Source: Octopus sinensis (Eukaryota). Taken from it: a stretch of 64,000 nucleotides of DNA. Under the pieces are notes generated by a model. It had not been told where the DNA came from and ran no database searches. It worked only from the letters and a program-made list of their open reading frames with translations. The DNA is taken from NCBI RefSeq assembly GCF_006345805.1, contig NW_021830457.1, forward strand, positions 1 through 64,000, given 5' to 3'. How positions within the stretch are numbered: the first letter of the stretch is position 1; each line of letters begins with the position of its first letter. Position numbers and translations under genes: made by a program. Shown in pieces: positions 1 through 15,045 of the stretch.

Positions 1-847
1 GTGTGTTCGGCTAAAGAGCCGATGAGAAAAGTATTAGGCTTACAAAGAATAAGATCTGAGGTGATTTCTTCGACTAACACGCTTTAAAGTGGTGCTCCAG
101 TATGGCCGCAGTCAGATGACTGAAACAAATAGAATAATAAAAGAATATGCATGCAAATGTAGTCACTCACCTACAAAAACAGATGGGGTTGTCACGATTG
201 GCCTGGAGTTCAGCCATTACGCCGTCAGCATTACCTCCCACACAACCACCACAACAACAACCATCTCCACACAACAACTACCACCACCACAACAATCACC
301 ACCACATCAACCACCACCAATACCACAACAACAATCACCACCACATCAACCACCACCACTATAAATCCCAGCTTCCTTGTTAGAGACATTGTACAACTGG
401 AAGGAATGATCTCGCCATGAAGTTTTATCGCTGGACTCTAGTAAGATCCCTCTAACTGTTACAGTGTTCTTACTGGGACCGGCCTGGGGCTAAACAACAA
501 AAACAGCAAAAACAACAACCAACAGCACCAACCAACAACATGCACCACAGATATGCACATAGATTATGCACAAACATGCACATATATATATATATATGTA
601 TATTTATATATGTGTGTGTGTATATATGTATATATATGTATATATATGAGTATGTATGTGTGTTTGAGTGCGTTTATGTGTGTGTATGCGTGTGTAAGTG
701 TGTGTAATGTAGGTTTAAAATAAATAGTGATAACGATTCTCATGGGTCGGGGCTAAACATGATCAGTAAACACGCAACATGTATGAGCTGACGCACACAC
801 ACATAAACAAGCATATATATGCACACACATATTCATACATACATACA

Positions 848-880
<33 letters not shown>

Positions 881-2330
881 CATATATATTATAATATATA
901 TATGTATATATATATATGTATATATATATATAACACATATAATATACGCACACACATTCACCTACACACATCCCTATATACATATATACACACACACACA
1001 TATATATAGGTGTGTGTGTGTAAATATATATATCCACAGGAGTGTGTATAAATAAACAAATGATCTGAATACGTGCGTTGAACTCAAGTCTTAATAAAGA
1101 CAATCCCAAATATGTGTTTATATACAAATGTATTTTCCAACTGCCCGCATGCTCACACTAACACCTACCTTCACATGTATGAGTGTATGTATGTACGTAT
1201 GTATGTATGCACGTATGTATGTGTGTATGTGCGTGTGTGTCTGTGTGCTTGTATTAGTAATTTTAACACATGTTTATTAGCAATCGTAAACTAGCATCAA
1301 TAAGCTTATACATTCACACGTATTTATAAACACTACATTTATAAACACCTATGTTACTAGCAGACATCACACGAACATACGTAGAGTAGGAAATACGAGT
1401 AGCCACACAAGGAAAACATGGAGGTTGTTGAATCAAACACATCGCGTAGCAAACACATCGGAACATACCACCATACATACATACATACATACATACATAC
1501 ATACATACATACATACATACATACATACATACATACATAAATTCAAGTCCCTTACATGTTTCAATGTTGACTTGGTGAGTGAGAATAATCAGCTGAGAAA
1601 AAAAATAGGCAATTGCTTAAAGTCTTCTCAGCGATCTCAGAACGATTGGCTCTTGTTTTTCTTCTTTATTTATTCCGGTGACAAACATGGGATTTGAACT
1701 CGAACCCTTATCGAGTCAGTTCCGATACCACAAAGCACAATACAAGGCTTTAACGTCCTTCCAGTCCACTGTACATATCTTAAACTTTAATATCAATCCT
1801 TAAAGAACGCAAAAGCTCACTTGACCACGGCAAGATTTGAACTCAGTCCACAAAATTCTGATTAAATACGGGAGAACATACCTGATGCTTTAAAGAATCT
1901 GCCAGTTCAATGCCCAGAGAATTTGGTACATCTTGGTAGATCCTCGCATTATAATTATCTCGAACGTGCGTATGTCCATCCTTAAAGGTAATTTAACAAT
2001 TACCCTACATTAATAGCTGTGTACCACTCCAATTATGTCTATTACAATATTACATACAAGACGATAGTCATTTTATCTGGGTACCATATTGTTTATAGTT
2101 CAACAGGTCTGTCTAAAAATGTTCTTAGCTTCTCATCGCGCTTCTACACACTGTTGTTGTACTTTGAAGTTGCTATTTCGATAAAAATATATGCTATTGT
2201 TGTGTTTGTCATACGAAATAATGTGAGGCTTATCATGTTTTATCTGGTAGTCTGCCTTGTATGCTGTAGTGAATGGTGCCGTGGCATTGTCTTTAATATC
2301 AGCATAATAGTGATTTTAATAATAATAATC

Positions 2331-2368
<38 letters not shown>

Positions 2369-2529
2369 CTATTAAATCTGAGCAATGGAGGTAGGGGAAA
2401 ATGCAAATACAGAGTTGCGTTTCGTTTGTGCAAGGAAAACATGCGATGAAAATACGAACAAGGAAATGATGATAATAAATGATGATGATGATGATGGTGA
2501 TAAAGATAATGATAAAAATATTGATAATG

Positions 2530-2614
<85 letters not shown>

Positions 2615-3051
2615 TACTATTTCAATTTTTTTCCACATAACTTCATTTCATTTTGAAAATGAACAATCCAGTGTGTTTGGTTTAATGACCTATCAATGTA
2701 TTCAGTGAGTTTCTTTGCCCTAGGTGTCGGGAAGATACTCGGCAAGAAATGAGAACGGAATTGAAGAGAAACTCATAGTGATAATTATGATATAAATAAT
2801 GATGATTTTTTGTTTCAGGTACAAAGCCAACAATTTTGAAAGGAAGCGGTTAGCTGATACCTGGAACCCAATACAGGGCTGGTACTTTATTTTATTGACT
2901 CCGGGGCGGGATGGAATACAATGTTGACCTTGCAGTGATTTGAACTCGAAACGTACATATCCAAAAAGAACAACAACAATAACAAAAATAGTAATAACAG
3001 CAATAACATCGTTATTATCATCTTCATCATCATCATCAAGAACACCAATGA

Positions 3052-3093
<42 letters not shown>

Positions 3094-3447
3094 CATTATC
3101 ATCATTATTATTATTACTATTATTATTATTATCATTATCATTAATAGCGTCATCATCATCATCATCATTGACCTTTCTGCAATATTTTTTGCACAAAAAT
3201 ATAAACGAAAAAATTATCCCCCCCCCCCCACAACAATAACAAAACCACAAATCTCTGAAGAGACTGAAAAGAAGCAGACAAACACCATCAAGCAATTCAG
3301 CAATTCAGCAATTCAGCAATCAAACAACATAGAAGTTGTCAAATCATATTAATGAAAACATACAAGCTAATTAATGAAGCTTTATCTAATAAACAACATC
3401 CATGAACATCCATAAATAACAGTCAGAATGTGTATCATCAACTAGCT

Positions 3448-3504
3448 GTCACGTGATATGTTGTCTGTTACGATTGGCTGATCCTTGACTAAGGAACAAC
3501 CAAT
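3448..3504. promoter_or_regulatory. Promoter-like motif set (E-box plus two CCAAT boxes)
   Basis: GTCACGTGAT at 3448-3457, GATTGGCT at 3472-3479 and CCAAT at 3500-3504, in unique sequence. Confidence 0.3.
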
Positions 3505-4425
3505 AAATTTAACAGCATATTGTTTTATTTTGTCTTGTTTCGCGTGTTATTTGGTATTTATGTTTGTTTTTTATGCAATATTTTGTTATTAATTAGTTTT
3601 GAAGTCGTTTGCAATTGGACGAAATCAACCACTGCCATCACACTGCCACTACATAAACACCACAATAGTAAACAAGCAAATACAAGTTGGACCTCTTACA
3701 TCCGGAAACCTTGGGACCCGGTGATACCCCAATCAGGACAAATGCCGGAAAACAGAAACTGACCCTTGACGGGAACCCCTTTCTGCACATAGTCTTGCCA
3801 CCACCCCATCCCACTTATACATACATATACATACATACCATACATATATATATATATATATATATGGATGTATATGTATATTGATTTCTGATGAAAACTA
3901 AAACGAGGCTTAAACAAGAAACAATACAACTTGAATTGGTTCCAAACAATTTTTTGCTTGTATTTTAAAAAAATTCTTTTTTTTTTTGCTTTGGTTATAT
4001 AAATTATGAAACGCAAAATTGAAAAATGTGCCGGATCTCGGGAGATGTCGGACCAAGGATAGAAGGATTTAAGACGTGCAACGTGTACTAACAATGCTAC
4101 TACTGCAAAGAAACAACAAATAAGAGTAACAACAGCAACAACAACAACAATAACAATTGAAACTGTAATAAAAATACCTGACAATGTTATATAAAAACAT
4201 ATTGCAATAATGACGACTATAACAATAACAAGAACACCAATAACATATCAAAAACATCGATATATATATATGTATACGTACATATATATATATTTATATA
4301 CGTACAAATATATATATGTACATATGTACATATATATATATGCATATATGTATATGCATATATATATGAGTTTATATATAAATTCACAAACACACCTATA
4401 TACATACACACGCACACACACACAG

Positions 4426-4456
<31 letters not shown>

Positions 4457-4684
4457 CATACACACTCATACACAGACACACACGTATGTATGTAGATACA
4501 CACAGACATACGCACACATATATATATACACACATACACACACACACATATATATACATAAACACACATATATGCATGCACACATGCATACACACACACA
4601 TACACACACACATATATGAGACTCAGCAACAGCAGGACAGTAAGAAAGTAAAGATAACAATGACAACAGGAATAGAATAAAATG

Positions 4685-4742
<58 letters not shown>

Positions 4743-5470
4743 TAATTACAATATTAATCGGAGGAACATCGCATACACACACACGCACACACACACACAC
4801 ACATACACAGACGCACAGACGCTTGCGCGCACGCACAACACTAACAATTGAATGCCCAGCTAACACAACAACATGTCAAGAGTAATAACAACACAACGAA
4901 AACCACGTGACAACGACAACAAACAAAACAACAACAACAACAAAACGAACTGAAGAATTCGTTTTATTTTAGAAATGTGTCTAGAAAATCGATCGTTCTT
5001 CAAATTGTTTTATTGTCCTTTATAAGTCATTAATAAAAAAAAAAATTGAAATGTTGAATAAATATATAAAAAAAAAATCTATGAATATAAATCTATATAT
5101 TTTTAATCAATATTATCATCCTTACCATTATTAAAAATACTTTTATAATCCTTCGATTCTTTTTCGATGTTTTATTTTAATTTTTGTTATCTTCTCTTGT
5201 CTTTCGTTTCGTTTGTTCAATTTCGCATTTTTTAGTTGTTCGTTCCGCTTTATTATAATTATTTTGTGGTGATCTTGTGTTTTTCGTTTTAGATTTAAAT
5301 AACTTTTATTCTTGTTTTGTTCTGAATTCTACAGAATCAGACGAACATCTAGTTGTCATAAAACCGCAGTAATTGTCTTATGTAGGTAATTTTTATTTTT
5401 TTTTATTTTAAACAATTTTCACTGACAATTTGATATTCTATTTTATATACTTCGAACATTATGATTTAAT

Positions 5471-5500
5471 TTCCGGAAGTAATCGAAATCAAAATGGCGG
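5471..5500. promoter_or_regulatory. ETS + YY1 promoter-like pair
   Basis: TTCCGGAAGT at 5471-5480 and CAAAATGGCGG at 5490-5500, with AGCCAAT at 5670. Confidence 0.3.
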
Positions 5501-6185
5501 AATTCAGAGTTCGGCAAATCGATAATTTGATACAATGTAGATAAGTCAATACACACACGTATGTCTGCAGCCTGGTTTCAAGTCCCGATTGACACTGAGG
5601 CATCTGGATAACTCTTAAAGCCACTACTTCATATTCCCCCTTTTCTCTGAATTTCTGAGAATGGAAAATAGCCAATAATAGGAAACGCAATGTAAGTACC
5701 AGTTTAGTACTGAGTCAATGTAACAGAGTTATTCTCCCCTCCTGGAATTCATTGCCTTGTGCCAAATTTTGAAACCATTATTAGTATTTAAAAAAATCGT
5801 TATTGTTCCGGAAAAATTGCTTCGCGGAGTTTATTCCGACTTTACGTTCTGATTTCAAATTCTACCGAGGCTAACTTTGCCTTCCACCCTTTCGAGATCG
5901 ATAAAATAAATACCAGTTTAGACTGGGGTCGATGTAATCGACTTACCCTCTCTCCCGAAACCATTATTAGTAGAGAGTATAGAAAACATTTAGAAAAAAT
6001 AAGATTTCACAAAATGGATGTAAGCGGAGACATGGATTTTTTGTTAGGAAGTTCGCTTCTTCACCACCTAGTTTTAAGTCGAGACACACTGTGTGACACC
6101 TGGGAAAGTGGTTTCTCCTATCGCACCGGGCCGATCAATACCTAGTAATTAGACTTATAAAGAGGAAACTGAGCGTAAGTTTGTC

Positions 6186-6223
<38 letters not shown>

Positions 6224-7439
6224 TTTGTGTGTGTAGTGGTATGTGCTTGCTCCTCACCACTTCGCCACGTTGTTGGCTTGTTTACATAAGCTTAACTTTG
6301 TCGTTCAGCAATTAAGTAACCGATAGAAAAAATACCAAACATAAAAATATATATCCTAGGAGCGGTTTTATCGACTATACCTACCTCAAGGTTGTGCCCC
6401 AGCATTGCCGAAATCTAATGACTGAAACGAGTAAAAAACCAACAGAATGGATGCTGTCTTTATATACAGATACAAGAGACATCCTGTCAATGGAGGTGTA
6501 CAAGAATATTTTAACAGAACAAAAATTTGGTTCCTATAATGAAGAGTGGTTGAAATTGTGTAGCAATCAATGTTAGTCTAAAAACAATTAGGGCTGGAAT
6601 CGAAAGCGGTTCGTGGATTTACTAGAAGTCCCATGTTATTCTCTGCTGCATAGCTGAATTAGGGATAACAAAAAACAGCAGCTACAAAGACTGTGATGAC
6701 AAGTATGAGACAGGTTATTCAGCGTCGCTTGATATACTGGAAATAGCAGCGAAATCTCTCTAAAATATCACATGGATGTCATAAAAAGCAGGAACATATT
6801 GTATGATATAGTGTAAGATATACAAATAGACTAGGTGGTCACGACTGGAAAGACTTTTGATCGAAATTCTTGTCGACCGCGATCGAAAAGAATTTAAAAC
6901 ATGACATGGTTGCATGTAATGTCGATTAAAGGAAAGCGGGTGATAAAATTTTCGGAAATCTATGTCTATGCGGCAGTTTCAATTCTTAGTTGATTACACG
7001 ACTAATACACGCGAGAAAAGCATGAACATCTCAACTTCTCAATCAATTTTCACCTAAATTACAGGCCGCTTGCATTTAGCTCAACCAGATAGAAACATTT
7101 CGTCCATTTCACAAGAACTAATACTCAAACATGAAAAGCAATTTCTTTACAAATATTCGGCCATTTTGTTGGTTGAATTTTTGATCAGTTAGTTCTGGCT
7201 ATTGGCGAGACAGAACGGACAGTAAATACAATTCTTCTTGTTGGTGCCAACGAACACATTTGCATGTTTACCGTATTCTGAGCCAAATTCTTATGCAATA
7301 ATTGAAATGATTATTGATGTTCTCACTTGCTTACAGCAATTTCTCTAAAACAGCGTAAGAACTTCAAAGTACCAAAAGCCAGTGAATACAAAGTTTGAAA
7401 TTTAGTATTTCCATCCGAGATTCCATACAAGAATACAAA

Positions 7440-9080
7440 TGCAGTGAGCTGGCAGAATCGTTAGCATCTCGAATAAAATGTTTCTCGACATTTGTTCTGG
7501 TGTTGTCCTGAGTTCAAATTCCACCGTGGTCGAGTTTGTTTCTTCATGATTCCAGGATCAGTAAAGTAACTGCAAGTTGAGTACAGTGGTCACGGTAATC
7601 GATTTGACCCTTCATAGAAATTTCTGGCCATTTGCCAAAATTTGAAGTCATTATAATTAATAAGAATAAAGCGAGCTGCCAGAATCGTTACAATACTGGA
7701 CAAAATGCTTGGCGGCATTCCGTCCCTCTTTACGTTCTGAGTTCAAATTCCGCCGAAGCCGACTTTGCTTTCATTCTTTTGGGTCGATAAAATATGTACC
7801 AGTTGAATACTGGGGTTGATGTAGTCTTATATATATATATATGTACGACGGGCTTCTTTGAGTTTCCGTCTACGAAATCCGCTCACAAAGCTTTGATCAG
7901 TCTGGAGATGTAGTAGAAGATACTTGCCCAAGATGCCACGCACTGGGAGTGAAAGATGGTCGGAATACCGCTAAATATTGTCAATCGTGCCAGATCACCG
8001 CCTTAAGTGAGGATAATTATTGGTTTTCAATTTTTGGAACAAGGCCAGCAATTTCGGGAGAGGGTGTTAATCGATTACATCGCCCTCAGTGGTCAGCTGG
8101 TACTTATTTTATCAAATCCGAAACGATGAACGATAAAGTCGACCATCGCAGAAAGTGAACTCTGAAAGTAATGACGGACGAAATGCCGCTAAGCTTTGAC
8201 CGCTGTGCCAACGGTTCTACCAGCTCGCAGCCTTAAGTGGAGATGAATATTCTTTTCTTTTCTACTCTAGGCACAAGGCTTGAATCTTTGGGAGAAGGGG
8301 CCAGTCGGTTAGATCGACCCCAGTACGCAACTAGCACTTAAGTTATCGACCCTGAAAGGATGAATTTGAACACAAAGCGTAACGGCAGACGGAATAACGC
8401 TAAGCATTTCACCCAGTGTGCTCATGTTTCTGCCAACTGTCGATAGATATTACGATATATAATATTCTCTTCTACTCTAGGTACAATGCCCGAAATTTCT
8501 GGGGAGGGGGCTAGTCAATTAGATCGACCCCAGTACGCAACTGGTACATAATTTATCGATTACGAAAACATGAAAGACAAAGTCAACCTAGGCGGTGTTT
8601 TAACTCAGAACGTAACAGCAGACGAAATACCTATTTCTTTACTGCCCACAAGGGGCTACACACAGAGGGGACAAACAAAGACAGACAAACGGATTAAGTC
8701 GATTATATCGACCCGAGTGCGTAACTGGTACTTAATTTATCGACCCCGAAAGGATGAAAGGCAAAGCCGACCCCGACGGAATTTGAACTGAGAACGTAAC
8801 GATAGATGAAATACCGCTAAGCATTTCATCCGGCGTGCTAACGTTCCTGCCAGCTCGCTCCTTTTATAAAAATAACTTTTTTCCTATTCTAGGCACAAGG
8901 CCCGAAATTTCTGGGGAGGAGGCCAGTCGATTAGATCGGCCCCAGTATGCAACTGGTGCTTAATTATAGACCCCGAAAGGATGAAAAGCAAAGTCGACCT
9001 CGGCGGAATTTGAACTCAGAACCTAAAGACAGAAGTAATAGCGCTATGCATTTCACCCGGCATGCTAACCATTCTGCTAT
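7440..9080. mobile_element. Cluster of about six tRNA-derived family A SINEs (GAGCTGGCAGAA.CGTTAGC head)
   Basis: Repeated head, B box GAGTTCAAATTCC and body GTCGACTTTGCCTTTCATCCTTTC. Two plus-strand copies lie at 7440-7826, followed by a minus-strand array at 7960-9080. Confidence 0.8.
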
Positions 9081-9673
9081 GTTGGGATAAATATCACAAT
9101 ATATAATATTGTAAAATATAGAAGCGTATAATAGAATGCAGTTAAATATAAAATCGAGCTGTTCGGTACATTATAGTATTGTAAAGTGTTATTGTACGAT
9201 AGAATGGTACATTCCTGCAGATTAATTTATAGACGGGTACAGTACAATACAATGACCAGCAATATATATGAGATGTTGAAAATAGAGAACAAGTCATGAA
9301 TATAGGCTTATATATATATATACTATATACAATACACATATACCCACACATATGTATGTGTGTGTGTGTATAGTATATACACATACGTGTTTATGCACGT
9401 ATAGAAATTTGGAAGGAGGAAATTCAAATAACTGAAAGTAATCCCATATGAATGGAGAAATATTTCACTCTGCCTCTTCTGGTTGTCATGGAATCATGAA
9501 ATAGAGAAATAGGAAACAAGGAAGACTCACAAAAATAATGATAATAATATAATAATATAAATATAATAATAATAATAATAATTAATAATATAGGAAGTAG
9601 TAGTAGTCGTGTTTAAGACGTCGTAACCTAAGCACAGACATATGTATATACATACATACATACATACATATAT

Positions 9674-9718
<45 letters not shown>

Positions 9719-9935
9719 TACACATATATGTATATATATATATATATACATATACCACGCATACTCACACCCACACACATAAATACACAGACACAGACAC
9801 AGACACACTCACACACATATACACACATACATATATGAGTACTTCTTCAGATCCACCCGCTCTTTAGGGTGTGGTCAACAAACTATGTAACCATATATGT
9901 ATGAAAAGTGATTTGTATGTGCATACACACACACA

Positions 9936-9983
<48 letters not shown>

Positions 9984-10409
9984 ATATATATATATATATA
10001 TACATACACATATATATACATATATAAATGCATAAATACATACATACGTATATATATATACATATGTATATATATGCATGTCTATATTTATAATATATAT
10101 AATACATACATAAATATAAGCTATATATAAACACAGTGACACACATATATGTATATGAATATATATTATTTACATTAAAAGGATATCTAAATATTTATAA
10201 CTGTGTTTATACAAGGGTCTCCCCTTAACAAAAAAATGTATATATTATTTCGTGTGTATATGTAGGTGTAGCGTAGAAAAAGCAAACAAAACTCACTTCA
10301 TCCATAGACAAATACACGCGCTCACACACATATATGTATACATATACAAACACATACATAGAAAAATACACACACACACATTAATACATCAAGAAAAATA
10401 TATCCATAT

Positions 10410-10421
10410 CTATATGAATAT

Positions 10422-10490
<69 letters not shown>

Positions 10491-10715
10491 TATATATATT
10501 ATTTATATTTATATTTTTATATATATATATATATATTATATTTATTTATATTATATATATATATATTTATATTTATATTTATATATATTATATTTATATT
10601 TATATTTATATATATATTATTTATATTTATATTTATATATATATATATTATATTTATATTATATATATATATATATATATATGTATATTTATATATAATA
10701 TTTATATTTATATAT
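10410..10715. repeat. Long AT-only microsatellite (TA/TATATT)
   Basis: Seen directly. Similar long TA-derived arrays lie at 29500-29790, 45300-45840 and 57440-57900. Confidence 0.95.
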
Positions 10716-11229
10716 ATGCACACACAGGTGAATGCACGTGGCTTTGTGGTTATGGGTATTCGGCCCACGATTCCAGCTGGCGCGTTGTGTCCTGGAGAAA
10801 GAGACTTTATTTCACTTTGGGCCACTCAACCCCTCTGACGAAAGAGATGTGCTCCTGTGCCTGTATTTCAAAGGTACGGTTTCGTCCCTTTCTGAATCAA
10901 ACTGAATTTCTTTGAAAACTACGTTAAATAGTACGCTTATCTGTGGAGTACTCAGCCACCTGCACGTTAATATCACGAGCAGACTTTTCGTATGATCGGG
11001 TTAAGTGGAACGCTCAGGCCATTAACGCATACACACCACACACACACACACACACGCACGCACACACACATGCAATTATGCAAATTCACGTCCGAGTGCA
11101 TACACTTATTCGCATTGAACAAGTCCAATCTTCTTGGCTCAATTTTCAGACTGGAATTTTATAGCGTATAACAAGCGGTCTCCCCGGCTACGTTTGTTAT
11201 AAGTGTTATCAGAATCTATAGATGAAGAG

Positions 11230-11640
11230 TATCAGAAAAAGATCACCAGGTTTGCAGGAAACATATGACCTTCTCAGAGACAGAGCTGCGTGACCCACTG
11301 TGGGCAGAATTACAACTTGAAGCTCCCCATTAGCTGCCAAAAAAATGGATTCATGATGGCCCATGCAGGAAAGATGCCATAATATCACGATTTCTGCAGT
11401 CCCCAAAACTGGTATTAAAGTCAGAAAAGGTCAGAAGTGGAGAGCATGGGATATGGTTGAAACAGCAGAATTGCGGTTCATGAATTGAGTGCTGGTGAAT
11501 GTGGTACCGCGTGGAAAATCTTGTTCGTGTAGCCAAGGTGCAAAGAAAGGACAAGAGGATACTGAACTTGTATAAGGGGCCAGCGTCGGTTAAAGAGGAG
11601 AGAGCCATCATGAGTGTGAAGTGGCCACACTTGTTTCACA
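11230..11640 (+). mobile_element. Decayed non-LTR retrotransposon fragment, probably Hero/NeSL-like
   Basis: Fragmentary frames give LKLPIS, then KTGIKVRKGQKWRAWDMVETAELR, then EERAIMSV. As I recall it, this resembles the LKLP...VRTGRKW.A..AV..AE.RL region found after the RT in Hero-type elements. Confidence 0.45.
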
Positions 11641-11760
11641 TGAGAAGGATCGGTGGTATGTCAAATTTAATAGCCAAATCATAGGGGAGAGGATCTCCAC
11701 CAGTTAAATTTCTAATTCAGGTAACCCACAATGTGTGTATGCGAGCACGTGCATGTGAGC

Positions 11761-11844
<84 letters not shown>

Positions 11845-11848
11845 CTAA

Positions 11849-11922
<74 letters not shown>

Positions 11923-11957
11923 GTATACATATGTATATTCATACACACATACATATA

Positions 11958-12202
11958 TTAGGTTGGTGCATAATTATTGCAGCTTTTTTCAGCAAATTTT
12001 ATTCAACAAAAAGAATAACATGTGACAAAAACATATATGAATGATTATTCCGGAGCATATTCACCATCTACTTTAATTACTGCTTCCCGTTTGCCTGGCA
12101 GACGCTCAGATACGTCATTTAAAGAAGGTTTTGTTAGATATTGTTATTGTTTTTCTCGAATAAAATTTGTTGAAAAAAAAGCCGCAATAATTATGTACCA
12201 AC
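11958..12202. mobile_element. Mariner-type MITE
   Basis: Left TIR is TA-TTAGGTTGGTGCATAATTATTGC and the right TIR is GCCGCAATAATTATGTACCAAC. The arms form an imperfect inverted repeat. The outer end of the right TIR is fused to the CR1 remnant. Confidence 0.8.
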
Positions 12203-13175
12203 GACTCATAGTAAAACTCTCTGCAATGGATGTGAAAGATGATCTCTATGGCTATCTGAAGTCCTTCATTCTCGGTCGGAAAAAAACGTAGTTACGGTTC
12301 TCGGACATCATTCTTCATCCTACGAAATGACTTCTGGCGTACCACAGGGATCCGTTCTTGGATCCCTACTGCTTGTTGCATATATTTGCTTCTTTATTGC
12401 CCACAGAGGGGCTAAACATAGATGGGACAAAAAAGGACAGACAAAGGGATTAAGTCGATTACATCGACCCCCGTGCACGTCTGGTACTCAATTTATCGAC
12501 CCCGAAAAGATAAAAGGCAAAGTCGACCTCGGCGTATTTTGAACTCAGAACGTAAAGATAGACGAAATATCTATTTCTTTACTACCCACAAGGGTTTGCA
12601 CACAGAGAGGACAAACAAGGACAGACAAGCGGATTAAGTCGATTATATCGAACCCAGTGCGTAACTGGTGACTTATTTAATCGACCCCGAAAGGATGAAA
12701 GGCAAAGTCGACCTCGGCGGAATTTGAACTCAGAGCGTAACGGCAGACGAAATACCGCTAAGCATTTCGCCCGGCGTGCTAACGATTCTGCCATATATCA
12801 ACGACATAAATACCAACTTGAGGAATGTTACAGTGTTGAAATATGAAGACGGCATTAAGCTGTATCTCGAGATAAAACGAACGTTCTATGCGCTACGGAT
12901 CTTTCTTGCAATCAGACCTGGGCACAATGCAACAATGGATTTCTGACTGACAACTCAACTTAGCTGTGGACAAGTGCATAACAACGCATTTTGGGAGGAA
13001 AAACGCAGCCTTTACGTATTCCCTCACCAACATCAATCTCAAGAAGTCCTCTGGTGGACGTGATCTGGGTATTACTGTAAACAGCAATCTGCGTTGGACA
13101 AACCACATCTCTAAGGTTGCCAAGAAGACTGACGGTGTTGTAGCATCACACAGTAAGACATTTGTCAGCCAACAC
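12197..13175 (+). mobile_element. CR1-type LINE reverse transcriptase remnant split by a SINE dimer
   Basis: Left part reads QRLIVKL...SGVPQGSVLGSLLLVAYI (to 12385). It resumes at 12799 with NDINTNL...KYEDGIKLY...DKCITTHFGRKN...RDLGITVNSNLRWTNHISKVAKK. It contains frameshifts and stops. Confidence 0.85.
12386..12792 (-). mobile_element. Family A SINE dimer inserted in the CR1 RT
   Basis: Structure is head + body + tail + headless second unit. The TSD ATATAT lies at 12380-12385 and 12793-12798. Confidence 0.85.
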
Positions 13176-13477
13176 TACACCTGATGGCTTTTTTGTCTTA
13201 GTTGTAGTGCACCTGAGCACTGATTACAATAATTTTTTTCATATATATAGTAAGCGAGAATTTCTTCTCTTCTTCTCCTCGGCAACTGCAGTGAATTGCC
13301 CATAGAAGTTAAAATAAGTCAAAAACATATTTTAACTAATCTAATGTTCATTTGTTCCTCATCACTGCTTAGCTACGATTTCAGTATACATACATACGAA
13401 GGATAAAACAATGCGAAGCGCATTGTGGCTAGCGATGTATAACAACATCCGATAGTCTGGTAAGTACCATGATACCG

Positions 13478-13512
<35 letters not shown>

Positions 13513-13975
13513 AAAGGTGGCTTATTCGCAATTTACAACCGAAAGACAGAACTACAGACGTCACAATAATGACTAAGAGTACCATTAAGCACCAGTATTG
13601 CTAGAAATAAGAGTCAAAACAACCCCCTTAGCAACGATATATATATGCGTGTGTGTGGGTATATAAAAATGTATATTTGTATCTATATGTATATATATAC
13701 ATACATACATCGCTTGACAACCGACGTTGGTGTGTTTACGTCCCCGTAACTTACCGGTTCGGCAAAAGAAAGGGATAGAATAAATATTAGAATTACAAAG
13801 AAAAAGTCCTGGATTCGATTTGTTCGAGTATAGCCGGTGCTCTAGCATGGCCGTAGTCAAAATGACTGAAACAAGTAAAATATATATATATATATATAGG
13901 TATATATATAAGTATAGACAGACAGACAGACAGACAGACAGATAGATAGATAGATAAATAGATAGATAGATAGAT

Positions 13976-14007
<32 letters not shown>

Positions 14008-14519
14008 CAGATAGGCAGGGAGAGAGAGAGAGAGAGAGAGAGAGAGTGAGAGAGTGAGAGAGTGAGAGTACGGCAGTGATTGACATGTAAATGAACTAAG
14101 AAATGGAAGAGAATGTTACGTAGAAGGAATGAGAAGTTTGGTAAGAACAGAAACGCTACAAGAATTCCATAACAACATCGTGTGTGTGTGTGTGTGTGTG
14201 TGTGTAGTGGAGAAGGGTGATGGTGTTGTTGTTTGCGAGTGCACCCACCTCTATTTGACCTAGTTTCTATAATGAGATACAGACAAAGGTGTGAGGTGGG
14301 GTATAGAGATAAAAAGATGAGTAAGAGAAAGGTAAAGGCGGGAGGTGGAGGTGAATGATGAGAATGAGATGGAGAAGAGGGTGTGTGGGAGGAGGAAGTA
14401 AGTGAACAAGTGGGGAGGGGGCTACTCCAGTATTTGTCTGAGGAATAGGGTGTGGTTTGGTATATTGTGATGATGTCAACGCCACAATATATTTGATGAA
14501 AACACATTCAGCATTCGTA

Positions 14520-15030
14520 AAGACCCGAATAACACTCTGTTATGGATGCCCGAACAACACCCAGTCCTGGATACCCGAACGCGATATAGTCTTTGGTTAC
14601 CTGAACAAGACCCAGTTTCAGATACTCATACAACTTCCGCTTATGGATACTCGAATAGCGACAATTCCTGGATATTCAAACAACACCCAGTCCTGAATAC
14701 CTGAACAATAACCAAGTTTATTTACTTGTCAAACTCTCAAGTTTTGATACCCGGACAAAATCCTGCTTTCGATACCCGAACAAGCTCCAAATTTGGTTTC
14801 CGCGATAACACACCATCTTGGATACGCGAACAAAACCTAGACCAGGATATCCGAACAACACTCCGTTTTGGTTACCATAAACAACGCCCAGTCTTAATAG
14901 CAGCCAGGCCTGGATACCCGAACAAGAGCCAGTGCTGGATATCCGATTCCGTCCAAATATGTGACAGACCAGACACGAATAAAACGATAGAAAGAGACCG
15001 ATGACATGTAAACGAACAAGACAAGAACGT
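14520..15030. repeat. Degenerate ~25-31-bp minisatellite with a unique end, partly repeated at 17128-17270
   Basis: Unit GGATACCCGAACAACACCCAGTCCT. Both loci share CCAGTCTTAATAGCAGCCAGGCCTGG and AATAAAACGA.AGAAA.AGACCGATGACATG. Confidence 0.75.
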
Positions 15031-15045
15031 TTTTTTTTATACAAC

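Noticed and set aside
3889-3950. CTGATGA at ~3889 as a hammerhead
   Set aside because: The GAAA spacing and stems do not fit; it is likely a chance match.
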